From Mobula hypostoma (taxonomy: Eukaryota), in NCBI RefSeq assembly GCF_963921235.1, contig NC_086101.1, positions 8,000,001-8,060,000 on the forward strand: a stretch of 60,000 nucleotides of DNA. Reading direction: 5' to 3'. The notes below the pieces were generated by a model. The model had not been told where the DNA came from and did no database searches. It saw only the letters and a program-made list of their open reading frames with translations. The position numbers and the translations under genes were made by a program. Positions 26,014 through 38,588 of this stretch are shown piece by piece. The stretch's first letter is position 1. Every line of letters starts with the position of its first letter.

Positions 26014-26364
26014 TTTACACATGGAGTCTGGTTTTGATGTTAAAACCACTATCTTTATCAGTAACTACTTTAATACAGTAATTTAACCAAGATAAACAAA
26101 AGTTAACAGTGTTATGTGTAGATATGTGTGTAAATATAACTATTTACCTTAGATGTCACGGGAATATCGTCTTCCAGTGGTTACCACACAACATACCCAG
26201 GCAAGGGGTACAAAACTGGTCCCACAAGATACCCCAAAATCCATTCCTATGGATTATACGAAGTGACAGTCACACATTCGTTGTGCCGATGTTTAACCCA
26301 CCCTTGTGGGCATAAGAAAGTTCCAAGCCTCAGCTGCGACAAGCTGAAGCTACCAGCTTCTCCA

Positions 26365-26385
26365 GTCTCTCTCTCTCTCTGTCTG

Positions 26386-26416
<31 letters not shown>
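26365..26416. repeat. (TC)n microsatellite
   Basis: An interrupted tctctc run. Confidence 0.9.
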
Positions 26417-26519
26417 GTTTAATCTGCGCAAACCACGGCAGCCAGTGACTGACGTCATAGTCCCGCCTCACTCAGGCGCTTAAAGCGACAGTCCACAGTA
26501 AACGAAACCTGTGGGTTTG

Positions 26520-26613
26520 AACGACGAAGGGTCTCGGCCTGAAACGTCGACTGCGCCTCTTCCTATAGATGCTGCCTGGCCTGCTGCGTTCACCAGCAAC
26601 TTTGATGTGTGTT
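26520..26613 (+). mobile_element. Short (94 bp) Penelope-end insertion with a truncated hammerhead and a 13-bp TSD
   Basis: acctgtgggtttg occurs at both 26507-26519 and 26614-26626. Confidence 0.88.
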
Positions 26614-26984
26614 ACCTGTGGGTTTGTATCAGTTATTATTATTTCATTTTTCCTTCTTCTATATTATGTATTGCATTCAACTGCTGCTGCTAAGTTAACA
26701 ACTGTCACGACACATGCCGTGATAATAAACCTGATTCTGATTCTGACCCTGCAATCAAGCACCAAACTGATTATCCCAATCTGCTTACATTTTCAAATCC
26801 GCCATGACTATTGTAACATTGCCCCTTTGGCATATATTTTCTTTCTCCTGTTGTAATTTGCAAAGCACATTCTTACTACTGTTTGAGGTCCGTATGTAAC
26901 TCTGATCAGCGTACTCTTACCCTTCTAGTTCCGTAGCTGTATCCACAATAATTCAATACCTTCCGGCCCTGTGTCACCTCACGG

Positions 26985-27545
26985 GCGGTAACCCCAGACA
27001 GGATCTCCCGGTTGCCACCCACTTCAACTCTGCTTCCCATTCCCATTCGGATATGTCCATACATGGCCTCCTCTACGGCCATGATGAAGCTAAACTCAGG
27101 ATGGAGGAGCAATACCTCATACACAGTCTAGGTAGTCTCCAGCCCCTTGGTATGAACATAGAATTCTCCAACTTCCGGTAATTCCCTCCCCCTCCCTTCC
27201 CCTATCCCTATTTCGCTCTGCCCCCTCCCCCAGCTGCCTATCACCTCCCTTGTGGTTTCGCCTCTTTCTACTACCCATTGTGTTTCCCCTTATTCCTTCT
27301 TCACCTTTCCTGCCTATCACATCCCTGCTTCCACTCCCCCACCCCTTTATCTTTCCCCTTACTGGTTTTTCACCTGCAACCTACCAGCCTTCTCCTTCCC
27401 ACCCTCCTCCCACCTTCTTTATAGGGCCTCTGCCCCTTCCCTCTTCAGTCCTGATGAAGGGTTCCAGCCCGAAACGTTGACTGATTGTTTCTATTGATGC
27501 TGCCCAACCTGCTGAGTTCCTCCAGCGTGCTGTGAGTGTTGCTTT
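26985..27545 (+). mobile_element. Penelope 3' fragment (different subfamily)
   Basis: End of the GIY-YIG region (DLPVATHFNS...EEQYLI..LGSLQP), pyrimidine-rich UTR and a hammerhead. Confidence 0.85.
27445..27484 (+). ncRNA. Minimal hammerhead ribozyme motif (intact core, GUU triplet)
   Basis: tcagtc-CTGATGA-agggttccagccc-GAAA-cg-TT-gactga, with a 6-bp stem I. Confidence 0.78.
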
Positions 27546-27745
27546 GACCCCTCATAGGCCTTCTGAAAATCCAAGTAAACAACGTCCACTATCTCTCCTT
27601 TGTTATTCCAACTGCTGCTTCCTCAAAGAATTCCAACATATTTGCTGGTCAAAATTTCCCCTCAAGGAAATCAGGCTGACTTTAGCCTCCCTTTCATCAG
27701 GTTGCCTCCAAGGAGCCCAACTCCTCATCTTTAATAATAGATTCC

Positions 27746-28605
27746 TGTTACGTACCCCGTAACTGGGTTGCCAAACCAGCAGAAATGGATCACTCAGTTG
27801 GAGTCTGGAGTACTAGAACTAAGAAAGTTTTATTAAAGAAACAAGCAACACAGTAATCGAAAGGATAATAAATGCAACAGTTCAGCGATGATAAACACAC
27901 ATGTGCACAGAATTAAGATAACAGCATCAATCAAGCTCTATCGTTGTCTAGGGGTAAATGACCAAATTTCAAAGTGACTCAAAGTTCAGTCCAGTTTAGT
28001 AGTTCAGTTCGCAGTTATCGTTGCCATGGCGATGGACAACGTGGGGGAAGAGAGAGAGGGAACAGGAACAACTGATCATTCAGACACGGCTTCACTCACA
28101 GACCGGCGAGATGGCTCACAAGCAGCTTTTGGGCGGGTCCTTGGTGATGTCACCTGAGGTCACCGACTGTGACCCCTCCTCCAGATGCGGTCGATCCTCT
28201 GCAGTGAACCCGGCACCCAGGCAAGGGCGGACACACACCGGGTTCCCGCTGATCGTACCTTTCCACCCTGGCCGTTGTCTGGTACTTCCCACCGACTCGT
28301 GAGAAGCGTACCGCTTCCCGGGTCTCGTTACCTCGGGTGGCGTGTGTGTGCCTTAGCGAACCGGTCCCTTTTTATCCCCCTGCTGGGGTATCGCCTGTCC
28401 ATCACTTCAAACAGTTCAAGGATCAAAGAGGGGAGCCGCTCCGGACAGCTCTCTCTCCCCCGTCCCTTCATTACACATCTCCAGACGCTGCTCCATTGTT
28501 CCTTATCTCTCCTTCCCCTGAGGGCAGGTGGCAGACCACTTGCTGATGTCACTGATGCTAACCTAGGCCAGCAAACATCTTAATTTTATGTGTATTCTCG
28601 TCACA
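27746..28605 (-). mobile_element. Solo LTR (860 bp), Gmr1-like family
   Basis: TGT...ACA ends; TSD ttcc (27742-27745 and 28606-28609); the start resembles the LTR at 47095, from which the strand is inferred. Confidence 0.88.
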
Positions 28606-28819
28606 TTCCAAAATGACCTAGAATATTTTGTCTTCTGCCTCCCTCGTCTCTTAACGAGTGGAGTGACAATTGCAATTTTCTAGTCCTCTGGAACTATTCC
28701 AGAATCTAGTGATTCTCCTAATGCCTCCACTATTAATGTAGTGATCAACACTAATGGCACCACAATCTTCTCAGCTACAACTTTTGAAAGCCTGAAATAA
28801 TCTGTTCCAGTTGACTTTC

Positions 28820-29229
28820 AGAGATTAAGGGAGCTAGGGCTTTACTCTTTGGAGAGAAGGAGGATGAGAGGAGACATGATAGAGGTGTACAAGATAATAA
28901 GAGCAATAGATAGAGTGGATAGCCAGCGCCTCTTCCCCAGGGCACCACTGCTCAATTCAAGAGGACATGGCTTTAAGGTAAGGGGTGGGAAGTCCAAGGG
29001 GCATATTAGAGGAAGGTTTTTTACTCAGAGAGTGGTTGGTGCGTGGAATGCACTGCCTGAGTCAGTGGTGGAGGCAGATACACTAGTGAAGTTTAAGAGA
29101 CTACTGGACAGGTATATGGAGGAATTTAAGGTGGGGGCTTATATGGGAGGCAGGGTTTGAGGGTCGGCACAGCATTGTTGGCCGAAGGGCCTGTACTGTG
29201 CTGTACTATTCTATGTTCTATGTTCTATG
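28820..29229 (+). mobile_element. CR1 3' fragment
   Basis: ORF 28849..29160 (RRMRGDMIEVYK, FFTQRVV); tail (ttctatg)x3. Confidence 0.92.
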
Positions 29230-30138
29230 CTTATCTAACTTAAGAGTTTTAAACTTTCCATGTACGTTCACCTTCGTAATAGTTCCCTTTCCCTGACATT
29301 CTCAAATTTCTGTCCTACTGCTGTGTCTTCCCTTCCCTCTGTCGACCCCGGACAGTGAGACAATAACATTTTCTACCACTTTAAATCGGACCTGTGGATT
29401 GCACCACTGTTGTGGAAGCTACCAGGTGATACAGATCATCATGGTGCCTGTTCTCATCGGCTGCGGGGCTGGCTGAGGGAAACCACTTCTGCTTCCAGTC
29501 CGTAACAAGCGAGAACAGATGTTTACAGTAGAAACGCTGCGTTTTGACCTGAAGTCTGGAAGCCGCTTCTCATAAAGACCTGTGGAAATGTGGTCTGTTG
29601 TCTCTATGCTAATTGAGATCCCGCCCCCCGCCCCCCGCCCCATGAAGTTAATTCCGTTCCTGGTTTCCTGCAACCATACCTCAGCAATTCTCGCTGAATC
29701 TGTAAATTCGCAGCATAATATTCTCTCCAGCGCCCATGTCCAAGCTAATATAATTAGCTTATACTATTTCATTTGTAAAGTCCTTGTTGCATGATATTAA
29801 ATGTCAGAAAGTGACTTTTATAAATCTTATTCTCACGGCACTTATTTCCACAATCCAACGCTGGGTGGTTCCATTTATTTCTCGTGTTTGCTTAATTGTC
29901 CTGTCGGACGTTCTATTAGGTTTGAGGAACTTTCAGTATTGTTTAATCAAACCCTGCTGCTGATAATGCTATTTGGAAACTACAAAGGATTCTGCATCTT
30001 GAACATATGCAGCAACATAACGTTATTTACGGCAGCACGCTTAGTGGACAACAGCGGTATTACAGGGCGTAATCAGATCCCGACCTCACCAACTGGCCCA
30101 CCCCCATCGGAGCTTGTCAGGAAGTCTCTTGTGCTAAA

Positions 30139-33100
30139 ATGGCGAAACAGCAAGTTGAGAGTTTAACCGACGAGGTAACTTGTCGGATCTGCGATAATTT
30201 CTTCACCGACCCGATGATATTGGAGTGTGGGCACAACTTCTGTCGCCACTGTATCACCTGGCGTTGGGAAACCGAGGAGAGAAACTCCTGCCCGCAATGT
30301 AATACGGTTTTTGCAGACCGCACCCTCAGGGCGAATCCGGCATTGGGAAGCCTGGCTCAAAAGGCTGAAAGGTTAAAGCTGATTCTGAAAGAGAAAGACA
30401 GAAAGTTTTACTGTGTGGAACATCATGAAGAACTGAAACTGTTTTGTGAAACTGACAAGAAGCTGATCTGTGTGATTTGTGCATCTGCCCAAGAACACAG
30501 GACACATAATTATATGCCGATTAAAGAAGCCGCGGAAAACTACAAGGTAAGGTCAGCAGATGTTGAACACTGAATCGTCGTTTTTTTCTTTTACTGACGG
30601 ATAATATTTTTATTCACTGCTTCTCAAAATTATCCTAGAATCGCGTTACAGTTTTCTTGGAGTCGCTCGCAAACAGGAAATCAGATATCCAGCAAATGGC
30701 GGAACAACAGAAGGAGAAGATTTCCGGGATTCGGGTGAGTTTCCAGCCTTCAGATTTTCTCGTGTTGTGTTGCGTTGTTTTTCGCCGTTCGTTACAATGC
30801 CATCCCCTCTGCTCACAGGTACAATCGCAGAGCGTACAGGCCCACGTTAGATCGTTGTTTGCGGACCTGCGGCAAATGCTCTTCGAGAGGGAGCAGCGCC
30901 TGCTCCGAGAGCTCAGGGCAGACGAGCAGAGAATTCTGAATCCGATGGAGCAAAATCTCCGAGATATTGAAGAGAATTTATCTTCTCTTCAGCGGCAACT
31001 TACAATGTTACAGGAAAGAATAGATCAACAAGATAATGCGGCATTTCTGAAGGTGAGCGGTAATTTTCATAATTAGTTCGGTGATTAATATATTTACGCA
31101 TTTAATGTGACATCTGCCATTTTGTAAATGTGTGTTGGGGGGGTGGGGCAGTTACTATTGAATATTGGAGCGTAAATAACATATCAGATTTAAAAGCTCT
31201 GTTCAGATCCGTTCTGTGATACGTTCCCCGTCGGCTCTTCCGACTCGTTCAAAGCTGTATATCCGCTCTATATCAAAGAGACAGATAATGCAGTCGCCTA
31301 ACCCCTGTTTCAGGAACTCCATACAGGCCTCATCATATTTTGATCATTGACAGCACTTATTAACAAAATTCGTTTTTCCATTCTCCTTTAATTATATCAC
31401 TACTAATTTACGGACGCTAGGGTTAGCGTGTCGCTATTATAGCTCCGACCGTTCGAAATTCAATTCCGACTCCGTTCTCTAAGGAGCCTCTGCAACCTCT
31501 CTATGGAATGTGTGGGTTTTCGCCGGGTGCGCCGGTTTCCCCCGACAGTCCAAAGACCCTCTGGGTAGGTTAAATGGTTATTGTAAATTGTCCCGTGATT
31601 AGGGTAACGGCATTAGGGGTTGGGTGGTTGTTGGGACGGCTTCGACAGAAGGGCCGGAAAAGGGGGGGGGAGCTGTGTCAATAAATAAATTAATTTAATT
31701 TATGAATGTTACTTCATGTAATCCAGTCTTGTGCATATTCCTGAGTTAAAGGCAGCGCAAGTATTTCCCCATAGCCATCCATTCGAATCTATTAAAAAAA
31801 TGAAATATTTCTGTGTGACAATTCTTGTCAGTTTATACGAATGAATGTGTCGCACCTATTCAGTATCTTAGCCGCTGCACCAGCTCAGTTGCCGAACAGC
31901 TGTCATAAATAATTCTTGCACTTGCTCGTTAGTTCAACATTCACTTTCCATTTCTGCAGCAAGAATACGGGAACTGGGAAACCTGCAGCTGCCTGTAACA
32001 GCGTACGTTAGATGAAATAGAAACGTTAATGTCTGTGATAGTGTACCGTAGTCTGGATAAGCATTATAAACTGCTGGAGGAACTCGCCGGGCGTATGTCT
32101 AGTGAGGCAAAGGAAAGTTACACGATTTCGGTTGAGACACACCATCAAGACAGTCACTCCTTACGACATCATCCTGAAATGTCGAGCCTCCCACTGCCTC
32201 CAGAGCTGCTCCTTAACCCGTGATTTATTCTAGAAATCTGATTCTTTTTCTGCGTTGAGATGAAGTGTCTATTGTTGACGGGTTTTTTGCGATCAATTCA
32301 TTTTAACATCAAAATCATTTCATGAATTTCAGGAAGAAATTTCTCTGAAGAGAAGGTAGGACACGCTATTTAATTAACATTCCTAGCTACTCCACTTACA
32401 AGTTATTTGCGAAAATTGCTTAGCGACGTTCAGTTTACGGAATGTTTAATGTTGCTAGGTACAGCGAGGAAGAACGAGTGTTTTCAGTTATGGCTGGTAC
32501 TTTGCCGGTTAAACCATTCGGCCACGCAAGTTTGATCAATGCAATGTTGAGTGAAGCGTTTCATTTCATCAGACAAGGTAACTCCATTTTCTCTCATTTA
32601 TTAAGCAATCCAGCGATTTAATTGGATGACAGGAATTATGATCACAAAGCACGGAACCGTATGTTATTGTAGTAGCAAACACCCCTGTTGAAAAAACTAG
32701 TGAAACTAGTGAGGCTTTGTTGCCTCACATTCCACTTTGGTAGCCTAAAGGCTTATGGAATCAACATGGACCATTCCGTTTTAGGTAACTTTGTCCCCAT
32801 TTCCTATCGATTCTCTGTCAAATTGTTCACCTTTACCAGTGCACGCCTCTTCTCGTTAGCTAATTTCACAGCTTGATTTAATCTGCCCAGCATTCCTCTC
32901 TGACCACATCTGTGTCTCTGTCTCTACCTCACCCCTGCCCCAGCACTCCCCTTCACAACCCACCCACCGCCTTCCAGCACCTGCCTCATCTCGCACTCTC
33001 ATCTCTATACTCGACAATGTACTTCTGCAATCTGTCTGTTCAGGGTCCAGACGCGAAACCTCGACCATTTATTTCTCTCCACCGATGCCGCTCGACCCGC

Positions 33101-36100
33101 TCAGCTCCTCCACTAGATTGTTTTGCTTTTTTTTTGCGCTTATTAAAAACATCAGATTCACTTCGCCATTTGCCCGACATATTATACCATCTTCCCAGTC
33201 GGAATAGTCACTGAATTCTGGGTCTTGACATTTAAATTCACATTTTGTGAATGGTCACACACAGATACAGCTCACGGATGAATAATCACACCGAATTCCA
33301 AGCCAAATCCATGAACCCAGCGACAGGCATGAGTCTGTGCCACTCCGTCAGTCAAATCTCGGGAGTTATAATGCCTCATTTGCGTTGTCCTGTGCTATCC
33401 CTTGATTATTTCAACCTCCAGAAACGGGTCAATATCTGTTTTGGATGATTTAACTGACTGGACGTTGAAGAGTATAGCGCAACACTAGGCACTCCATCCG
33501 ATGATGTTGCGCCGATCTAATTAAAGTAGCAATTAAATACCTCATTAAGTTAATCTTATCTGCCTACAGTGTCAATCTCGTTTCATTTTCTGCGTGCACT
33601 TAGAGCCCCTTAAACATCTCTATTCATCTCTATCCAGTCCTAGTATATTATCAGAAGACGGTTCACCACTAGGTGTATAAGCAAAACTTGCCCTGCACTA
33701 TTCATTTGAACTTACCCCTGTCATATTAAGTATATTTCTTTCAAGAGAAACTTCTAAAACTTAGGAAATAGATACCAGCTGTCCACCCTATCTATGCCTC
33801 TCAGAATTAATTATTTTCCACCTCTTTTCCAACCGCTGCGCGCATTGCAGAAGATTTCTTCCCTCTTTCTAGCTAGGTCATTTTCACCAAATTGCACGAC
33901 AACAGCTGGACGCCATCATTCCACTTGAGAATACTCTGCCCTCTCAGTGACATTCTCGATCCCTGCACTAGGAAAGCAATGCACCAAACCTGGCGGATGG
34001 TTTCCGGCTACAAAACCTTCTGTGCACTAGCGACAGCTTTCAAAGCTCTTGCATTTCTGGACTTTGCTCTTCCCCGATGAGTCTCAAAGAGACCAATGAC
34101 CAATCTGGATATCGGACGTTTTGAGAGGAGGGTATTTTATTCAAGTCCACTGCCCAAGTAGAAAAGGGAGCAGCGGGTCACTGCAGTGCAATAGTGCTTT
34201 GACTAGTGACCAGTCTGCGGTTGAGATTGAATAGCAAGCGCAAGTTAAAGGAAAACAGTGGCAAGCGCACGGTCATCGTCACAGAGGCCGTTGTCTGAGT
34301 GAACAGATTCAGAGTGGTGATCCTGAGGCTTTAGTTCTTCGAGGCTTCAGTGAAGAGCCGCTTCAGTCAAAGAAGGCAAAATAAAATAAAAACAAGATCT
34401 CAAGGCTTTTTTTTTACTCTTTCCCTTCTTTATACTGTATCTGCTCATCTAGCACAGTACAGATGCCAGGCAGGGTAGTGAAATGCTCCTCTTGTGCATC
34501 GTGGGAAGGCAGGGAGACCCCTAGCATCCCTGACGACTATAACTGCGAGAAGAGTATCCAGCTGCAGCTTCCAATGATCCATGTTAAAGAGTTGGAGCTG
34601 GAATTGGATGGACCACAGATCATTCAGGAGGTTGAAGGTGTGATGAATAGGACATATAGAGAGATAGATACACGCAAGATTCAGGGCACAGGAAACTGAC
34701 TGATAGCCAGGAAGGGGAAAGGAGCCAGTGCAGAGTACCCTTGTGGCCAGCCCCCTCCACAACAGGTATGTCACATTGGATTCTGTTAGAGACATGGGGG
34801 GCATATCATTGGAAAGTCAGGGTGGTCGGCTCTCTGATGCTGATTGGCTCTGTTACGCAGGATGGAAGAGGGGAGAAGAGGCACTCTGTGGTGATGAGAG
34901 GAACAGATAGGTGTTTCTGTGGGCGAGAACGAGATTCCCGGATGGCATGTTGCCTCCCGTGTGTCAGGCCCTTGACATCTCGGATCTAGTCCTCAGTCAG
35001 TCGGAGGGTGAACAGCCAAAGCTAATCGTGGTCCATGTCGTTACCAATGACATGGGTAGGACGAATGATGATGTTTTGCTCAGGGAGTTCAGGGAGTTAG
35101 ATGCTAAGAGCAGGACCTCCAGGATAGTGATCTCAGGATTGCTATCCGTGCCACCTGCTAGAGTCCCCAGAACTAAGAAAATTGTACAGTTTAACACGTC
35201 GCTAAGCAGTTGGTGTATGAGTGAGGGCATAATAATTTTGGGAATTGGCTCCTTTCCAGAAAAGGTGAGACCCCTTGTGCTCGAACTGGAGGGGGACTAT
35301 ATCCTAGCGGGGAGGTTTGTTAAATTAGAGCTACAGGGAGGTGGGAACCAGAGTCCCAGAACAGTCAGAGGAGAGGTTGTGGAGGCAGATGTTGGTTAGA
35401 CCTCAGACAGTAAGGAATCAAAAGTTAGTGCATGGTGCAATTAGCGTCTGGAGCTGCGTCTATTTCAATGCAATAAATATTGTTGGAAAGGCGGGTGAGA
35501 GCGCTGAAGATGACGTAGCTGGTTTAGAATTAGAGGCAATGTGTCGTGAGGAGAGGCTGTTGACAGGGCAAAATTACAGTAATCAGGATGAGTTGCAACG
35601 TAAAAGGCGGACAAAATCGAAAAGAGTGAATTCAGGACTGAAGGTTACTCTATATTTGAATGCGTGCAGAATATGGAATAAGATTGATGAACGTATTGCA
35701 CAGTTACAAATTGGCATGACTGATGTTGTAAGCATCATGCATCATAGCTGAAAGAAGATTATAGCTGGGAGCTTATTGTCCGAGGATACACATTGTATCG
35801 AAAGGACAGGCAGGAAGGCAGAAGGTGTGGCATTGCTCTGTTTGGTAAAAAAAAAAATCACATCAAATCAAAAATAACATGGGGTCGGAAGGGGCTGAAT
35901 CATTGTGGACAGGGCTAAGGAACTGCAATGATAAAAAAAAATACCTTGAAGGGAGTTGTATACATACCCCCAAACCGCAGTAAGGATGTGGTCTACATAT
36001 CACAACGGGAGATAGAAAACGCATGCCAAAACGACAATGATACAATAGTCATGAGGGTTTTCAGTATGCAGGTAGATTGGGAAAAATCAGTGTGTGCGGA

Positions 36101-37975
36101 ATTCCAAGAAGAAGATTTTCTAGAATGCCTACGAGATAGCTTTTAGAGCAGCTCGTGGTCGAGTCCACAAGGGGATCAGCTATTGTCGATAAAGCGTTGT
36201 GCAATGAACCAGAATTGACTAGAGAGCTTAAGGTGAAAACCAATAGAGTTCAGTGACCATAATATGATCGAGTTCACCGTGAAGTTGAGAAAGAAAATCT
36301 AAAGTCAGATGTATTAGGATTACAGTAGAGTCAAGGAAATTAGAGTGACATGAGAGAGGAGTTGCCCATAATTGATTGGAATATAACAAGAGGGTAATGT
36401 TGCAAGAGTCATGGGGGACTTCACTGTGTAGGTAGACTGGAAGAATCAGGCTGGTGCTGGATTCCAAGAGGAATAGCATCTAGAATGCCAGCGAGATGGC
36501 TTATATGAGCCCACTAGTGGAACAGATATTCTGGATTGGCTGTTGTACAATGAACCTGAATTCATTAGAGAACTTAAACTAATAGAGCTCTTATGGGAAA
36601 GTCATCATAATACGACAGAATTAACCCTGAAATTTTTGAAGGAGCAGCTAAAGTCAGAAGTACTATTCCAGCATTGCAGTGAAGTAAAGAGAATTTCTGA
36701 AGCATGAGAGAGGAGTTGGCCAGAATTGATTGGTTAAAGATTCTCTCAAAAATGACAGAGGAACAGTAATGTCTGGAAATTCATTAGTGGGAAGTTAGAG
36801 CACTAGAAGCTTTTAAAGACCAATAGAAGGCAATTAAAATTATTTAAAAAACGGATGCTAAAGAAAGCTAGCTAATAATAGTAAAGATGATACCAAATAT
36901 TTCTTCAGATACACAAAATGTAAAAAAGAGGTGAGAGTGGATATCGGACCGCTGGAAAACGAAGCTAGGAATGTAGTAACGGGGAACATTGTTTTAATAT
37001 ACCCAAGCACTTGGCCGCCACAGCCGCTGTAGCAATTAATTCCACAGATTACCACGCTATGGCTTAGAGAGTCCTCCTCCTCTCCGTTTCAAAGGGACGT
37101 CTTTGTAGGCTGAGGCTGTGCTCTCTGGTCTTAGTACTTCCACTATTGGGATCTCTACGTCCACGCTATCAAATCCTTTCGGTGATCGATAGGTTCGAAT
37201 GAGAACACTCTCCCCACCACCACCACGACAGCTATTCTTCTAAACTCCAGCGTGTCTATATCCAACTCCTCACGCGTTAACCCTTTCAATCGGTTCATTT
37301 CATTCTCGGGTGAATTCTCCTGAACCTCCTCTAGACCTTCTCCATTGGTCACCAGATATTAACTCAGGAACAGCTCTTGTTCCGCCCTATTGCCCGAATT
37401 GGCTCAATCCACGGAGGCGCTCTAATTCTCTGCTTATCTTTGCAGTTTCTGTGACCCTGGACGTGGAAACAGCAAACCCGCGGCTTGAGGTGTCCGACGA
37501 TCTGAAAAGTGTGAAATACGTCCCGTCTCCAAGAGCTCTGCATTATTCTGTGAAGAGATTTGAAGACCAGGCATGTGTGCTGGGATTGAAGGGATTCACA
37601 TCGGGAAGGCATTATTGGGAAGTGGAGGTAGCGACTAATCGCCGCTGGTCTGTGGGTGTTGCTGCAGAGTCTGTTTCGAGGAATGGATTAGGCAGACTTA
37701 GACCAGAGTCCGGAGTCTGGAGCATCGCACGGAAAGATAGCAAGTTTCATGTAAACAATACCCTTTTAATTCCTCTCCTTACCGAACCTTCCCTCAGGAA
37801 GGTGGGAGTTTATCTCAGTTACGAGACGGGTACAGTTTCCTTTTACAACATGGACACAAGGTCCCATCTCCACACATTCACTGGGATTAAATTCACGGGG
37901 AAAGTTTATCCCTTCTTGCGGACAGTGGATGGGAACTGGCTGAGAATCTCTTCCGGTTCTGCTCCGCGTCTGTAA
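30139..37975 (+). CDS. TRIM family E3 ligase (RING-Bbox2-coiled coil-PRY/SPRY; TRIM39/TRIM69/A33-like), 469 aa. Coding exons: 30139-30546, 30639-30734, 30819-31052, 32333-32355, 32459-32577, 37446-37975
   Basis: C3HC4 RING (CRIC..CGHNFCRHC..CPQC), B-box (CVEH..LFCETD..CVIC..H..H) and PRY/SPRY (VTLDVETANP, GFTSGRHYWEV, KVGVYL). All introns are GT-AG; exon sizes 408/96/234/23/119/530 sum to 1410 nt in frame, and the 96/234/23 pattern is typical of class IV TRIMs. Confidence 0.92.
31410..31695 (+). mobile_element. V-SINE (HE1-like) in TRIM intron 3
   Basis: V-domain gtgggttttcgccgggtgcgccggtttccccc..cagtccaaaga; tail aataaataaat. Confidence 0.75.
34250..36990 (+). mobile_element. Degenerate CR1 (ORF1 Cys-rich N-terminus and esterase, then endonuclease fragments) in TRIM intron 5
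   Basis: ORFs 34463..34699 (CSSCASW), 34911..35399 (VHVVTND, VISGLL), 35341..35751 (YLNA) and 35928..36146. Confidence 0.8.
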
Positions 37976-38024
37976 AGGGCTTAGGTCCCGGGAACGGTGT
38001 CAGCAGCAGGGGATGGGTAGTAGA

Positions 38025-38410
38025 ATTTGCAAGGATGTTGCCGGGACTTGAGATACTAAGGTATGGGGAAAGGTCAAATAGATTATGTATTCCCTATCGT
38101 AAAAAAATAAGCGGCGATTTGACAAGGATACTTTGTGTAAAATTATATAGTGTGGAACTAGGTTACAGGTCATGGGTTAAGTGTGAAATGTGAATTTTTT
38201 AAGGGGAACTTCTTCCCTTAGAGGTTGGTAAGAGTGTTGAACGAGCTGCCGGCGGAAGTGGTGGATAAGGGGTTAATTTTAACGTTTGGATAGCTACACG
38301 GATGGGAGGTATACCGAGGGCTTTGGTGCAGGTTCAGGTCGATGAGACTAGCAGGATAATAGTTCGACACGGCGATGGGCCATGTTTCTGTGCTATAGTG
38401 TTCTATTACT
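38025..38410 (+). mobile_element. CR1 3' fragment in the probable TRIM 3' UTR
   Basis: aggatgttgccggga...gaacgagctgcc...tgtttctgtgct resembles 1420-1850; AATAAA follows at 38476. Confidence 0.75.
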
Positions 38411-38588
38411 CTGTGAACCACATTTTATAATTTTGTGCTCTGATACCATTTTGCAAAACCATGAATGAGCTTCGAAATAAAAAAAAACAGCGGAAAGAAA
38501 AGTTTTAAAAATGTAAATAAATCTGCGGGGGTAATCGGTTGAGTGGGTGCAGCTACATGAACTGGGTCGGTGTGTACCCGAATTTAAA

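Larger units (their letters stand above)
24793..26631. mobile_element. Probable solo LTR related to the Gmr1-like LTRs, interrupted by a Penelope and a short hammerhead element
   Basis: Starts tgt..., shares accagcag and ggagtctgg...tttat motifs with the LTRs at 27746 and 47095, ends tgtatca; the flanks rejoin the Rex 3' UTR; the TSD is imperfect. Confidence 0.55.
22995..26745 (+). mobile_element. Rex1/Babar LINE (RT to 3' tail) split by several nested insertions
   Basis: Reads [14 protein letters not shown]..., ORF 23194..23538 ([27 protein letters not shown]), resumes at 24202, and the 3' UTR resumes at about 26632 ending aataaacctgattctgattctga. Confidence 0.85.

Noticed and set aside
29400..30138. 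Promoter or ISRE for the first TRIM (GC boxes at 29621-29640, gaaagtga at about 29807)
   Set aside because: The motifs are short and do not form a full ISRE consensus, and the TSS cannot be placed from sequence alone.
32060..33130. Hammerhead-like remnants in TRIM introns (about 32120-32150 minus, about 33031-33066 plus) as regulatory ribozymes
   Set aside because: The catalytic core nucleotides are mutated or deleted, so they are unlikely to be active.
37310..37445. N-terminal part of the 221-aa SPRY ORF as a stand-alone gene
   Set aside because: It is intronic sequence before a clear polypyrimidine/AG acceptor at 37445.
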